A stretch of 64,000 nucleotides of DNA. It comes from Selaginella moellendorffii (taxonomy: Eukaryota > Plantae > Lycopodiophyta). Shown here piece after piece: positions 11,394 to 24,313 of the stretch (positions within the stretch are counted from its first letter, which is position 1; each line of letters begins with the position of its first letter). Below the pieces are notes generated by a model, which saw only the letters and a program-made list of their open reading frames with translations, was not told where the DNA came from and did no database searches. Position numbers and translations under genes: made by a program. The stretch covers positions 3,285,407 through 3,349,406 of the forward strand of contig NW_003314267.1 of the NCBI RefSeq assembly GCF_000143415.4, read 5' to 3'.

Positions 11394-14300
11394 CTATCGC
11401 TGGTAGAGGCTCTCCCAAACTTACCTGACCGTCCGTCTCGGGCGGTAAGAGCGGAGGGTTACGTCACAGCTTGGTCAGCTTGTTGATGTTGGTGCTATGT
11501 TGAGCATCAGGATCATTCGGTTCCTCAAGTAGTACATTGCCGTTGAGGTTAACCTCACGCACAACATACGGACCTTTCCACTTGGGCACAAACTTATGAC
11601 CAATAGGTTTGATCTTACCCTGGTAGTGATATACCCAGTCACCAACACAGATAGGATCCCGTTGATGACTGCGCATTGCACGATCATGCCACGCCTTCTG
11701 CCTTGACTGCATAGCGCGGATGTGGTAGTACGCTTCCAAGCGCTTCTCGTCCAACTCCTCGAGTTGTTGGAGACGGTGCTGAAGAACTTCGACGTCTCCG
11801 AGTTGATGCTCCACGGCAATTTGAAGTGAGGGAACAATGAACTCGATGGGTGTAATTGCTTCCAGTCTGTATGTGAGTTGGAATGGTGTTTGTCCTGTAG
11901 CTGTTTTGTAAGAAGTACGGTAAGCCCACAAAGCAGAGGTTAGTTTGTCATCCCAGTCCCTCCTGGACTGGTTAACGATTTTGGCCAGAATGGTCTTCAG
12001 GATTTTGTTGGTGGCTTCCACTTGTCCATTCGCTTGAGGATAGTAGGGTGCTGATAACTTCTGTTTGATGTTGTACACCGTGAAGAGATGGTTGATCACC
12101 TTGTTCAAGAAGTGTGTACCCCGGTCACTGATGATTTCCAATGGTACACCATACCTTGTAACGATGTGTTGTTAGAGAAAGTTTGCCACTCGTCGTGCCT
12201 TACAGTCAGGTAATGTGACAGCTTCGGCCCACTTGGTAACATAGTCGGTGATGACCAGAATGTAGGAGTTACGGCGACTGCTTGGAGGGTTGATGGGTCC
12301 CATGAAATCCATGCCCCACTTCATAAATGACTCCAACAGCATCGTGGGTTGGAGTGGTCAAGCCTGTTGTGCAGGCGCTGCAACGTATCTCGTACAAATG
12401 TCACACTGACGACAATATTTGGTGACATCTTTGAACAAAGTTGGCCACCATAGTCCGGCTTGTAAAATCTTTTGTCCGGTTGTTTGCACAGCAAAGTGTC
12501 CTCCATGTGATCCTTCGTGTTCTTCCTCGATGATGAAGTTCGTTTCCTCGGGTGAAATGTACCGGCGTAGGACCATGTTCTTTCCTTGGCAATGGAGCGC
12601 TCCACCAACGATAGAGTAAGGTTGAGACTTAAGTAGGAAGGTCTTGCACTCATCCCGTGTTTGAATGTGGTTGGGCATCTGCCCAGTCTTGAGATAGTAG
12701 TGGATGTCGACGATCAAGTCTTCAGGATCCAGCTTGTATACCTGAACCTGAAACAATGAGGCGTCTGGAAACTCATCAGGTATTCCTGTTGGTGGTTCTC
12801 CTGTAGTAATCCTGCTGAGATGATCCACTTGCTCGTTCAATCGTCCTGGTCAATAGATGATCTCGAAGTCGAATTCTTGTAGGAGTAAGAACCACCGTGC
12901 CAACCTTCCTGTTGGATTTGGCTTGTTGAGAAGATGGAGTAGTGCCTGGTGATCAACTAAGAACTTAACGTGGTTGGCCAACAAATAGTGGCAGAACTTC
13001 TTGACGGCATATACCATTCCGAGGCACTCCTTCTCGGTGGTCGTGTAGTTGGACTCCGCTGGTGCCAACCTCTTGCTAGCGTAGTAGATTGGTTGGTCTT
13101 TGCCATCATCTTGAGTCTGTGTGAGCATGCATCCAATCGCAATGTGAGATGTGTCTACAAGAACGTTGAACTCGCGGTTCCACTTGGGTACTGCAAGAAT
13201 TGGTGCTTTTGTGAGGGCGGTCTTTAGGAACTGGAAACTCTGCTAACACTTGTCAGTCCAGTCATATGGGTTATCCTTCTTGAGTAGTTCCATGAATGGT
13301 TTTGCTATCGTAGCATACCCTTTGATGAACCTGCGGTGATAACCCAACTTTCCGAGGAACCATTGGAGTTCTCCAATGTTGGTTGGAGGCTCCAAAGTCT
13401 GGATTACCTTAACTTTATCGTTGTTGATGAGGATGCCATCTTTGCAGACAACATGTCCTAGTAATACTCTGGACTTGACAAAGAAAGTGCACTTTTCTGG
13501 GTTAAGAGCGATGCGATGTTGTCAGCATCTCTCAAAACACTTGGTGAGATGCTCCAGGTGTTCCTGTTGTTTACTGTATACGCTGAAGTCGTCTAGGAAG
13601 ACCTTCATGAATGTACTAAGATATTCGCGGAAGGTTTCCGAGACTAAACGTTGGAATGTGAATGGTGTGTTGCACAAACCAAACGGCATAGCTCGGTAGG
13701 CATATGCTCTCCATGAACTAATGAAAGCTGTTTTGTGTTGATCCTCTGGTGCAACCAAGACCTGGTTGTACCTGGAGAATCCATCCAAGAAGCTGTACAT
13801 CTCATGTCCAGCGACAGAGTTGAGAATCTCCTCTGTAAAAGGGATTGGGTGGAAGTCCTTCACCATGTTGTCATTCAGCTTCTTGTAGTTGATGCAGATG
13901 TGCAGCTTGCCATTCTTTTTTGGTACGACGACAATGGGTGACAGCCACTGTGCATTTTCAATTGGGTAGATGAACCCAACTTGAAGAAGCTTGTTGACCT
14001 CCTCTTTTACCTTTGTCATAAAACTGGGATTCATTCAGTATGGTGCTTGACGTTTGGGTGTGCTGGTTGGAAGAAATTCGATCCGATGTGTACAGAGCTC
14101 TGGTGGAACTCCCTTGAGGTCGCCATAGTTCCATGTGAAAACATTCTTGTACTGTCGTAGTAGTCGGTACGCTTGCTCCTTAAATCCTCTTGGTAGAACT
14201 TTGGCGATCTTCAGTTTCTTGGGCTCTTCCGAGGGATCGGTCAAATCGATTTCCTCCAACTCTTCGTTCGTATGCATCGCCAATGTCTCATCTCGTTGCT

Positions 14301-15218
14301 CAATCAGTTTTTCCACTGATTCTTCTTGCACATTCTTTGCACTTGGTTTCACGAACTTCTCTGTAAGACCCAAGTTCTTCATGGTGTCCGTGGAATCCAC
14401 CGTCGTCTGGTACAGATCCGCTTCTGCAATCTGCACAAGATCGGGATTACATTTTAACAGAGCGTCCTCATCCTCGTCGCTCAATCCGGACTGCCAGTCG
14501 TAATCCTCAATGTCGCGTGGGGTACTTGATTTTGGTAGTCACGTTTTTGAATTCAAGGATATCAGTAACCGCTGATCATTCTTTTGAATGGTTAAGGCAT
14601 TCGCTTTCCAGTCATGTAGGACTCGTGCCTGACGTAACCAAGGTCGTCCGAGGAGTATTTGGTATGGGCATTTCATACTATTCATCCTCAACACAATTAG
14701 GTTGGTTGAATAGTGGAAACCTCCAACCTTCAGTTGTACCCCTCGGAGAACTTTGATCCGCCATTTGGACCAAAAAGGGTGCTGGATCCGCTGGTCCCAG
14801 CCCATATCGTCCGTACGCCTCTTCCTTGATAATGTTTACACCTGATCCACCATCAATTGGAACATTGTGGATCTCGTTCCTCCCGATGTTGAGGGTGATG
14901 CTGGGTACCTCCTCGTCCCAATCCGGTTCACAAAACTTCCAACTCCGCCAATCATCTAACTTGCCGACCTGGCATGTTGTACAGATGATCACGTAGGTAG
15001 GGTGCTACTGTGATCAATTCTCCAACAGTGAGCGTGACAGGTCTCTCCATGATGAGTTCCACCAGTCTTTCGCCCAGTTCTTCATTCGAAGGATCGCCTT
15101 GTTGTCGTGATTCCTCCAGTTGTGAACCACAGGTCATTGGTTCATCTTTGATCGTAATCAGTGTGTCCGACTTCTTTGGGGACAATCGCTGCATGACCTT
15201 TTCCTGCAGATTCCTCAA
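11341..15218 (-). pseudogene. pol: pol: protease, reverse transcriptase, RNase H, integrase (in-frame stops and frameshifts)
   Basis: Protease IDGGSGVNI; RT FLDGFS/MPFGL/FLDDF; RNase H PIYYAS..NYTTTEKECL..VDHQAL; integrase GGHF..CRQCDIC, ISDRGTHF, YYPQANGQVE and the GPY motif. No chromodomain and no extra RNase H seen. Confidence 0.93.
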
Positions 15219-15219
15219 T

Positions 15220-17058
15220 TCACAGATACCTTACGGACGGTAGCCTTCTCTTCTCCCAATCTCGATCCTCATCCACGGCTTGTCGTTTTCGAGCATGCGT
15301 GACTGCATATGCCTCGACCTTGATCCCATCCTCGCTCTCAATGTCAGACTGGACTTCCACCGCTCGCACCGCAAGTTGAGGTGCTTTACCTTTGTTTTGT
15401 TGCTCATTTGGGCAAGTGGTGGCATAGTGTCCTTTCTGTCCACACCGGTTGCACGTGATGTGGGCAGTCAAACCTGGTCCTGGTAGGAGCTTGGGTTGAG
15501 GTGGGGCTGGAAGTCGAAGTTGTTGATGATCTTGGTTCTGCTGTCGCTGAGGTTGCCAAGGGCGCTGTTCGAACTGCTGTTGTTGTTGTCGCTCGAACCA
15601 TTGACATTGCCTCAGATGGTTCATCATGTGTGGGTAATCTTTTGGGAACGGTTGTTGCCGCTGACCTTGTTGCAGCCAGCAATCGCTCGGTTCCACTTGT
15701 GCAGCTGCTGGTTCGGGTCTTACGTAGTATCGACAGCTCCTTGCTCCATGTCCTGTTTGATTGCATATCTGACATCTGGGGATTTTGCACTCATTTGCAT
15801 AGTGCCCTTCATTCTTGCAGATGGAGCAGAATATATCCTTTCTTCTGGGCTGTCGAATATCCAAATCTTTCAATTATCGTTCCATTTTCTTGACCAAGTC
15901 AGCTGACCAATCGACACCACCTTTCGTGCGAAGCTCCCTTCTGAGTGCATTGCTTGTTTTGCGCAGTATCTTGTCGACTTTCTCTGCAGCCGCACGAGCA
16001 GTGTCCAATGTGGTGGGTGCCTCTAGCCGCACTGGAGTCTGCATCTCAGACCGAAGTCCATTGAGAAACCAGTTCATAGCTAAAACATCCGGAACAGTGG
16101 TGGCATCACACCGGCCATAGATTTTGTTAAACATTCTGGCGTAGTCTTCTGCCAACTCCGTATCCCCTTGATAGATCTCTTGCAATCTCACCACTGGATC
16201 ACGGCACTCGTACTTCTTCTTGTAGTATCCTTTGAAGTCGTCAGACAGTGCAGCAAAGGTGGTGTAGGTAGCGTTCTGGTCGTAGAACCATTCTGCCGCA
16301 TCTCCCTTCAAAGTGAAAGGAAACAGTGCAATCTTCTCGACATCCATTATCTCGTTGTTGAGTGCACATGCTGTGTTGAACTGCTTCAAGTGCCGCTCGT
16401 AGTCTTCATTCTCCATTCCATGAAAGGTAGGAGGAAGAGCCTTCTTCATGATGACGGGTTGGACGTTCCTGCCATTGAAACCAACACGGGTTGTACTACT
16501 TGTTGATTCCCTAATGCATGGAAGTACTGATCAAAGTCAAGTTTCTTCTGACTTCTGTCAGTGTCGTCACTTCTTTTTTCCGCTATCCTCCCCTTCGTCT
16601 TTGGCTTTCTTTGTCCTTCCTCTTGAAGATACTTCCAACCGAGCTGAGTATCCTCCCAAGAGATGGATCTTTAAATCGATCTACAAAGCTCCTCCTTCCA
16701 GTGGGCTCCCTTTCTTCACTATTGTGCTCATACCTTTTGTATACCGGTCCTCTCCCTCTTCTGGAATCCTGAATATTCTTTAGGGTTTGCCCCACCAGAA
16801 TTCCGGTTTCGGTTCTTCCCCGAGCTCGCTCTTGGTCAAGCCGAGCTTTTTCTTGAGTTATCCTGTCCCGCTCTTCGGCTTCCTCTTCCTCGAGTCGCCT
16901 TCTCTCTCGGAGCTTGATAGCTTCAACTTCTCTCAACGCATCTCTCTTCTTTGAACACACTTTTCGCTCGTCTTCCTGTCGAGCTTTTACCTTAGGAGGT
17001 ATTTCCCACATACCTCATAATTCTTTGTGTAAGGGGGACTGCTAGACATAACGTTCCA
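15220..17058 (-). pseudogene. gag: gag with retrotransposon-gag core and three CCHC zinc knuckles
   Basis: LFPFTLKGDAAEWF and FLNGLR motifs. Knuckles CSICKNEGHYANEC, CQICNQTGHGARSC and CNRCGQKGHYATTC. Confidence 0.9.
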
Positions 17059-17314
17059 TGTTGCCGCCAGGTACTCCGCAATTGAAACTGCTCGTCACGG
17101 TGCTCGTGATGCTCTGTCGCAAATGTCTCCGATCCAATTCTCTGCACTGCTCCTTCCTCGGGCTTCTGCGCAGGTCTTTGGCTTTCCTCGCCAATTTCTC
17201 AAAACAACTGATCAGTAAAAGAGATTTTTCCGGAATTTTTCAGCATGCATAAAAGAGAAAACTAAAAAAAGAAAATGCAGATTCTGTGACAACCATCCCA
17301 CCATGGTTGCCATG

Positions 17315-18085
17315 TGTTATCATGGAAAAACGGGTGTTACGGAGAAAAGAAGGAAACAAAGGGGAAAAGGGAAAAGGGGTTGGAATGGTGAAATCGCGAA
17401 AAGGTTGGCTCAGTTGAGTATTTGGTTGCCAGTCAGATTACAAGTCCGATGAGAATAGAAAGAGAGGCTACACGATTGGCCGGTCATACAACTCCTCGAT
17501 CTGCACTAAGAACTTGGCTGTCAACAGAACTGAAGGTGGGTAAGGATGGCGCAGGCCATAGAATCAACAAAAACCCAGAATAAGTGAATGCATTGGTACA
17601 ACAGAAAGTAAAACTGAGTGAAAACTAAATGCATCTAAGTGTCGATCCTAGAACACAGAGTGGAAAGTCAAATCTCACAAGCAGTTGATAAAGAAAAGTT
17701 TTATAGAGCTTTCCTTTGTGTAGAGTAGATATGGGATAAAATTCTCACTCTCACAGCTAGCCTTTTTATACTAAGTCCGTGGCAACTGTGTCTGTGCTTG
17801 TCGCCATGGTCCTTTCGGGTTTGTGTCTGCAGTACGGATGTCGTCATCTGGCAACCGCTCCTGGTAACCGCTTCTGGGTCATTTGTACCCGTCTGGTGTT
17901 CAAGTCTGTTGTGGAGTTGCTGCTGTAGAGTGTCGAACTGAGATCGCTGAGAAACTGAAGTTGGAGTCCTTGGGTTGGAACTTGGGCAGTTGGACCTTGA
18001 GTCCAACTATTTGGGACTTAGTGGCATTTTGATGTTTGAACTTGTGCTACCAAATATTCCTTCCGTCCGACTTTTTCCTTTATTA
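17315..18085 (-). repeat. 5' LTR of the Gypsy element (771 bp)
   Basis: Direct repeat of 7389-8152 with a 7 bp micro-duplication; adjacent to the PBS. Confidence 0.95.
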
Positions 18086-20348
18086 GCACTTCACCAAACA
18101 TAACAGGTATTTCCAAAAAAGCATGCTGTACCAATTATAGACTTTCTAGGTGGCCAGCTTTTTTTCTTCTTTAATAGATACATTCTTTATCTTCTCCATA
18201 ACTTTGAAAATGTCATTTTCAATCTTGTTCTTCATAAAGAAAACATAAAATAAAATAAATAAATCCTATAATAAATAGATTTGAAAACTACATACTAGGC
18301 AAGAACCTTGGCAATAAACCAACGAGTGAAAGGGTACTAAATATTTCTCTTTTTGCCCTTCACTTCATTCTGTCGATCATGATTGATTGCATCTTTCAAA
18401 TTATTGTAAGGCCTTTTTTCTATGATATCTTTGTTGTTGTAGTAGAATTGATAGATGCTATAAAGAGTGTCTTGGAGGCCACTTATTCAAATGCCATGTT
18501 CATTGATGCTATAGAGAGACTCATGAAAACACTATTTTGGATTGAGTAATATAAAAGAACTTACTCATTCACATAATGCATAGTTTAATATAACTATAAT
18601 GCATCATTGTCTTTTATATCGATGAATGACACTTCCACTTAGATGTGTTTTTCCTTGTCAAAAGGAAAAAAATGATTAATTGCAATAGTTGAAACCTTCA
18701 ACTAATTATTCCCATCCCACACAAAGAACATAATGCCTCTAAGCTGGCCCCAATTCGGATTTTGATCTAACTCCCTCTCAAACTCATTGTTCTAATCCAT
18801 CTAACATATTTCCCACTTGGCTTTGATCTCTTTTATCATATAAGTGATTTGGTATAATTGATTTGTGATGGAAAGGATAAACTTGCCTTTTTATGGAGAT
18901 ATCCCTCAAGACAAAAGACGTCATCTATCTTCTCATTTGGAATAGAAATTTTTTGCATGGCCTTGTTGAGCAACATTTGGTAAAAGGGAGGTTTGTTATC
19001 GCAACAAATCTTGATTTTCTTCATCACATCAGAAAGCATTTTTGCACGAAAACAAATCATCAATCGAAGGAGTCAAAGTTTTTTAGCAGCAGAGCCCCTC
19101 TTCACACCACCTATCTTTGTCTTCCCCACATCTCCTCCATCCACTGACTCAGGAAGAACATCCTTGGATGCTACAACGATCTATAAAGAGTGTAAAGCAA
19201 ACAAAGAGGGTAGCACTAAAGAAGAGGGTAAAGAGGGTAACATAGATGAAAAAGGCATAATGCATGATAAAACATGAGGAGAATAAGAACTATGAGAAGA
19301 AGCTGATGGAAAACAAGAACTATGAGGATGCAAAGATGAAGGTAGAGGAGATAAAAAGGTGATGGAGGAGAAGAATGACACAAAGTCGAGGGAGGAGCAA
19401 AAGAATGAGATGGAGGCAAGCAAGAAGGTGATTGAGCACAACAAATGTTCCCCTCACCAATGTCCTCCCTTTATTCTTGTAACATCTTCCTTATGTGCTT
19501 CTTCCCAGCGTCTTTGTGTGGCTTTCTATGCTGGGTGAGAAAATAAAACTCTTTATTTTGTGAGGAATGAGTCATTGCTATTAAGTGCAAGAGAACTCTA
19601 AGTGCTTTACCTTTCTGGCCAGCACAAACAGAAAAACCCTAAACCTAAATCATATTGCCAATCAAGGAATGTTAGATTGGTAGGAAGAATCCTAGCCGCT
19701 TATTTGAATTGATGCTCAATACATTAATTACGATTGCAATAGTAAAACTATCATTGTTTATTATGATGCTTTGGCGCTAATATACAAACAAAGTGGCACT
19801 TTCAATAGAATAATTCCTGTATTAATAATGCTTCAATGTTGAAACACCAACATCTAAATTCATTTCAAATTTAAAAAAGAAAACAATCCCCTTAGAAGAA
19901 AGGTTTACCATTCTTAATGTCAATCTTCCTTTGTGATAGTGAGGGTGGCAAGTTTTTCACAACCAATCCAATAGTGTTAGACTTGATTTAAGTGACATTT
20001 ATGAGAGGTTACAAAGAGAAGAGTCGAGTGTCAACAACATCATCCAAAAGTTAAGAGAAGCTAATATTATAATTGAAGCCATATGAGCATCTTCTTCAAG
20101 AACTTCTATGTTATTTTAAATATTAAGAATGGTAAGTTTTCTTATGTTTCTTTCAGGCCAAGAGTTGTAGTGGGTGAAAACATCCTTATCAATGATGATA
20201 AGGAAGACAATATACAGTTCCTTATGGAGATCAAGATTGAGAAACTAAAAGATTTATTAATAATTTCTATCATCAGAGAGATAAAAGATCGATGCAAATT
20301 GAGGTAAATGCTAAACTATAGCCAAATTGAGAGAGTAAAGGAGCTGCA

Positions 20349-22238
20349 TGTAATTTATAAATTATTCCTTTCTAATTTGCTAGCTTACTTCGTTTATTGA
20401 ACCACCATTACTTTAACCTTAGTTAAATTTTTTTGCCATGGTTCCTGTCTATTGTACTAGCTTTTACTTGGTCCTACTTGGTTTCAGCTACTCACTACAC
20501 GAATTACAAAGTGTTAACCATCTATCCACAAACTCCCAAATTCTCTCACAATCCCCCTCCTTGGGTTAAACTAAACTTAAGGTTTGGCTACACTTTCCGA
20601 AGGCACAAACACCAAGCACACCAAGCCTCTAAATTCTTAACATCCCTTAAAACTTAATTATAAAACCTTTTAAATCCCAAGCCTTTAATGCATCATTTGC
20701 TTGTAAGAGGAAACATTGTAGCCTAACGACCCGGTATGGGTACCCTTATGTAAGCAACCAAAGGGAACGACTTGAGAGACGATCCATGGGGTTCAAATAT
20801 AGAGGGAAAGGGCCCATGAATAAGAGTGCACCCCCTTTTCCAATCGGTTAAGGGTCTTGGGATAATTGGAGTTAAGCGTCCTTGGGTTTGAATAGTACTG
20901 GGCTGGGTGACCTCCCGGGAAGTCTAAATTCAAGAGTTTATATTTGGTATCAGAGGGGTCTCGGGTCCGACTTTGTTGATTGGCTAAAGGAATCACACCA
21001 TATGTTGATTGACATCTGGCTGGTCCAGTTTGCTCCCGCTGGGCTCGACCCGAGGGGTAGGGTGTCAAGAGAGCGGGGCTCTCGAGAGAGCTACGGCTCT
21101 TAGCTTCCGTTCACGAGGGCGTGAACTTGCAGGGAAGCGTGATAGATTGTAAGCGTGATGGATTGTAAGCAACCAAAGGGAACGACTTGAGAGACAATCC
21201 ATGGGGTTCAAATATAGAGGGAAAGGGCCCATAAATAAAAGTGCACCCCCTTTTCCAATCGGTTAAGGGTTTTGGGATAATTGGAGTTAAGCGTCCTTGG
21301 GTTTGAATAGTATTGGGTTGGGTGACCTCCCGGGAAGTCCAAATTCAAGAGCTTACACCTTACCCCCACTATCATCCTGAAGAGAAGGCCTAAGCCCCTA
21401 AGGAATAAAGACCAATGAGCCATAAGATACTCAAGCCCCTAAGGAATAAAGACCAATGAGCCGTAAGATACTCAAGTGGGGCCATGAGCTAAGAGCACCA
21501 TAGTCAATTTCTTTAGGTGAGGTTGTGGCAATTGTTCCTGTTTAGTCTTGTGTGTTTATTTTTCTTGTAGTCTGGTAGAAATTGCAAAAGGAGTTATTAT
21601 AAGACACTATGCCTGTACACTGTGAAGCTATCATATGCCTTGAAAACTATATTATTATTGTCTTCTCGACCCATGTCAAGCCAAAGCATGCTCCTATGCC
21701 TGAGGTTGGTGGTGTTGCTACTAGCAGCTCAAAAGCTAGATACCCATTGTATTGAAGGGGCAGTGTAAAGAACCAACTTCTTGAAGTGTTATATGCTAAT
21801 AGATCCCAAAACCCACGACCAAAGTGGTAAAAAGTTCTTTGGATGAGACTGAGTCTGAGACCAACTCCAAGACTAAGTTAAGATTGAGTTCGAGATTGAG
21901 TTTAAGACAGAGTCCGAGATCCAAAATTGGGTCGAAACCAAGTATGAGACTAAGTCCAATACGAGTCCAAGGTCGAGTCTAATATCAAGTTCGAGACCGA
22001 GTTCAAATACTAATACAAGTCGGGGAAGGGGGGGGGGGGGTTGTAAGGGGTTCCAAAAGTATAGTAGAAATAATGAGGTCTAGGAACAAATTTTGAAGGA
22101 GCTCTTTAATGGTGTTTTTAAACTAGCTTGAGGTTGAGATTGGGGGTTAGAGGTTTTGTGTGGGAGTGAGTATGGACACAGGTGGTACTAGATGCCACCC
22201 AAGGAAGTGCTCAAGAGCAACTCCCACTCTTGGAAAGG
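20349..22238. mobile_element. Rearranged family B element: 3' half of the LTR inverted (20349-~21512), internal end plus PPT (21513-21763), 5' half of the LTR forward (21764-22238)
   Basis: Both halves match 3968-5313 and meet at the same LTR position. PPT-like ATTGAAGGGGCAG precedes TG at 21764. Confidence 0.75.
20749..21357 (+). mobile_element. Cassandra-type TRIM with 5S rRNA-derived sequence in its LTRs
   Basis: 194 bp LTRs at 20749-20942 and 21164-21357; TSD CCTTA; PBS TGGTATCAGAG at 20945-20955. The LTR contains GAGTTAAGCGTCCTTGGG...AGTACTGGGCTGGGTGACCTCCCGGGAAGTC, matching the 5S A-box, intermediate element and C-box. Confidence 0.93.
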
Positions 22239-24313
22239 TGCAAGAGTTTCCAAATATGTGCAGGAGACCACATACATAAAAAAGGGTGAAGTAGGGTCAT
22301 TAAGGTCTTTATACTATAAATAACATTTGATTTGTTTAGAAATATATAGTTGCAAAATGTACTACTACTAGCCTCACAACACCAAGTACATGAGGCTTGC
22401 TATACATTATGGGTACCACAAACATGATGTTCCATTAAGGAGAAATAGACAAGATTATGAGGAGCTTTGAGCAATGATTGAGGAGAGGTCAAGAATAATG
22501 AAAGGCTCAAGATCAATTACACATTTGATCATTAAGGATATCATGGCAAAAGAGCTTTTCTCAAACTCAAATGGTAGCTGCAAACATTTGACTGAGAAGG
22601 AGCTCAAAGATCTATTCAACCTAATGGGAGACATTGGAGATAACAAAAGTACTTAACATTGAATTGCTTCTAATGGTTTTTCTACTTATTAACAATATTG
22701 TATATGTAGGTTGAGATGTTGGGTCTATAAGGTTCAGAGTGAACTTTGACCAAATAAGGATGAGTTCAATAGCATTTAATATTTGGCACAGCATGTAAAG
22801 ATTGATTTCTTCTAGGGATCCTTATTGTCATTTCAAGTAAGCGATGAAGTGAAGTAATGTTGTCACATGACGAAAATGTAAACCAAAGGAGGTAATGGTG
22901 CGGACCTTGTTTGTAGGATGCAACAAGGAGGAGACCTCCAAAACTCTTTGGTACACTTTGACTTTTGTTATTGTGTTAAAGGGTGGGCAACTATAGACAC
23001 TCATGTATATGATCTATAAGTAAGTTTTCATTACAACCACATAATTTCTAATAGATATTGCCTTATAGACTATAAAAGTTGTTAACTATTGCAATATGCA
23101 AGTTCAAGAAGGAAGACTACCCCACCCAAAAGTTATTTTAGACACTACTAAACCAAGTTTACTATCATGAGACAGATTCAATTCCATCTTTTCCAAGTAC
23201 AAAACCTTATTTACTGGCTTTAGATAAGTCTTTTACAGGATTTATGGCAGCTAAAGCAAGGGCTAATTGGAATACTATTCGTGACATGTAATTTGGAGGA
23301 TTCCAATGCACAAAAAAAGAATGCTTTGCATTCCACTTTAAGCTAAGCCTGCAAATGCATATAAAAAAATACATTGCACAAGATTATCAACAAGAACACT
23401 TGGACATTTGTTAGAGGTGGGAAATGGCAGGAATAGAGGAGGTTGAAGAGTTTTTCCAACATATATAATAGTGGTGGAAAAGGAAAACCATCAAGAAAGA
23501 CATAAAGCACCTTTGCTCATTTATTGCATGGTAGTATGCCTGTATAGCAAGATGGGAGAACTTCATTTTCAAGGTTTGGGCCTAATTAATTTTTTAATGA
23601 TGAAAGTTTTTAATAGTTCACTATAAAATAAAGTGCATGATGAAGCGACATTCATACCAAACATGAACCACTTAGAGATGAAACATGTGAGTTGGCTGGC
23701 TAGAAGGGGTTTTAAAACAAACATAAGCTTGTATGATGTTTGTTACGACAATCTAAGGCACTACTACAATGCATCACCTACAAGCAGTTCCAAGAAGGAA
23801 GGTATGTTGGTTTGGTTTGCAGGTGTTAGGAATCCCCCAATTCTTGCCACATTCCTTACTTTCATTGGATTCCTAACCTACAGACCACATTCCTGACTCT
23901 TGCCGGATTCCTGACCTGCAAACCATATTCTTGACTCTTGAGACACTTCCTGACTCTCTAATTTCCCATACAATTCCTGCATCTCGAGCCACATTCCTGA
24001 TGATGATGTGGCACCTCCTCGACCTCAGCTATATTTAGGCCGTCTTCGATCCAAGAGTGGTGGAGCTTCATCAACCTATAGTATATATAGGTTAGCTTTG
24101 TTCCATTTCTCCACAATCTGAATCAACACCAGTCTAAGGCCTTTTCTTCGTTTCCACTAGTTTTTCTCTTTGTCTTTTGCATTTTTCAGTCTTGATTTTG
24201 TTGGGGGTCTTGACAGTTTGATTCAGATTGTGGTTTTTTGTTTTTTGCTTTAGCTCATTTTGATTGTTTAACTGCCTTTGCCTTTTTCCCCCTTTTTTCT
24301 TTCTTCTTTGCTA

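Larger units (their letters stand above)
7389..18085 (-). mobile_element. Full-length non-chromoviral Ty3/Gypsy LTR retrotransposon (Athila/Selgy-like) with extra 3' ORFs; coding regions degenerate
   Basis: LTRs at 7389-8152 and 17315-18085, with perfect TSD GCACT (7384-7388 / 18086-18090). PBS TGGCAACCATGGTGGGA (tRNA-Arg-like) at ~17296-17312. Athila-like PPT AAGTCTGGGAG at ~8155-8165. Domain order is gag-PR-RT-RH-IN. Confidence 0.95.
6950..19560 (-). pseudogene. Decayed gene of unknown function, split by the Gypsy insertion; possibly an accessory gene of the adjacent Mutator-like element
   Basis: Removing 7389-18090 restores a frame (LEIPVMFGEV|HLGKNWTKMVTTFDLTDMEGKFSSSGT*QMVGG...) with only occasional stops. 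Further ORF pieces lie at 18836-19063 and in a charged low-complexity stretch at ~19180-19440. Boundaries are approximate. Confidence 0.35.

Noticed and set aside
20869-20925. 5S rRNA gene
   Set aside because: Only the internal ~55 nt are present, embedded in both LTRs of a TRIM.
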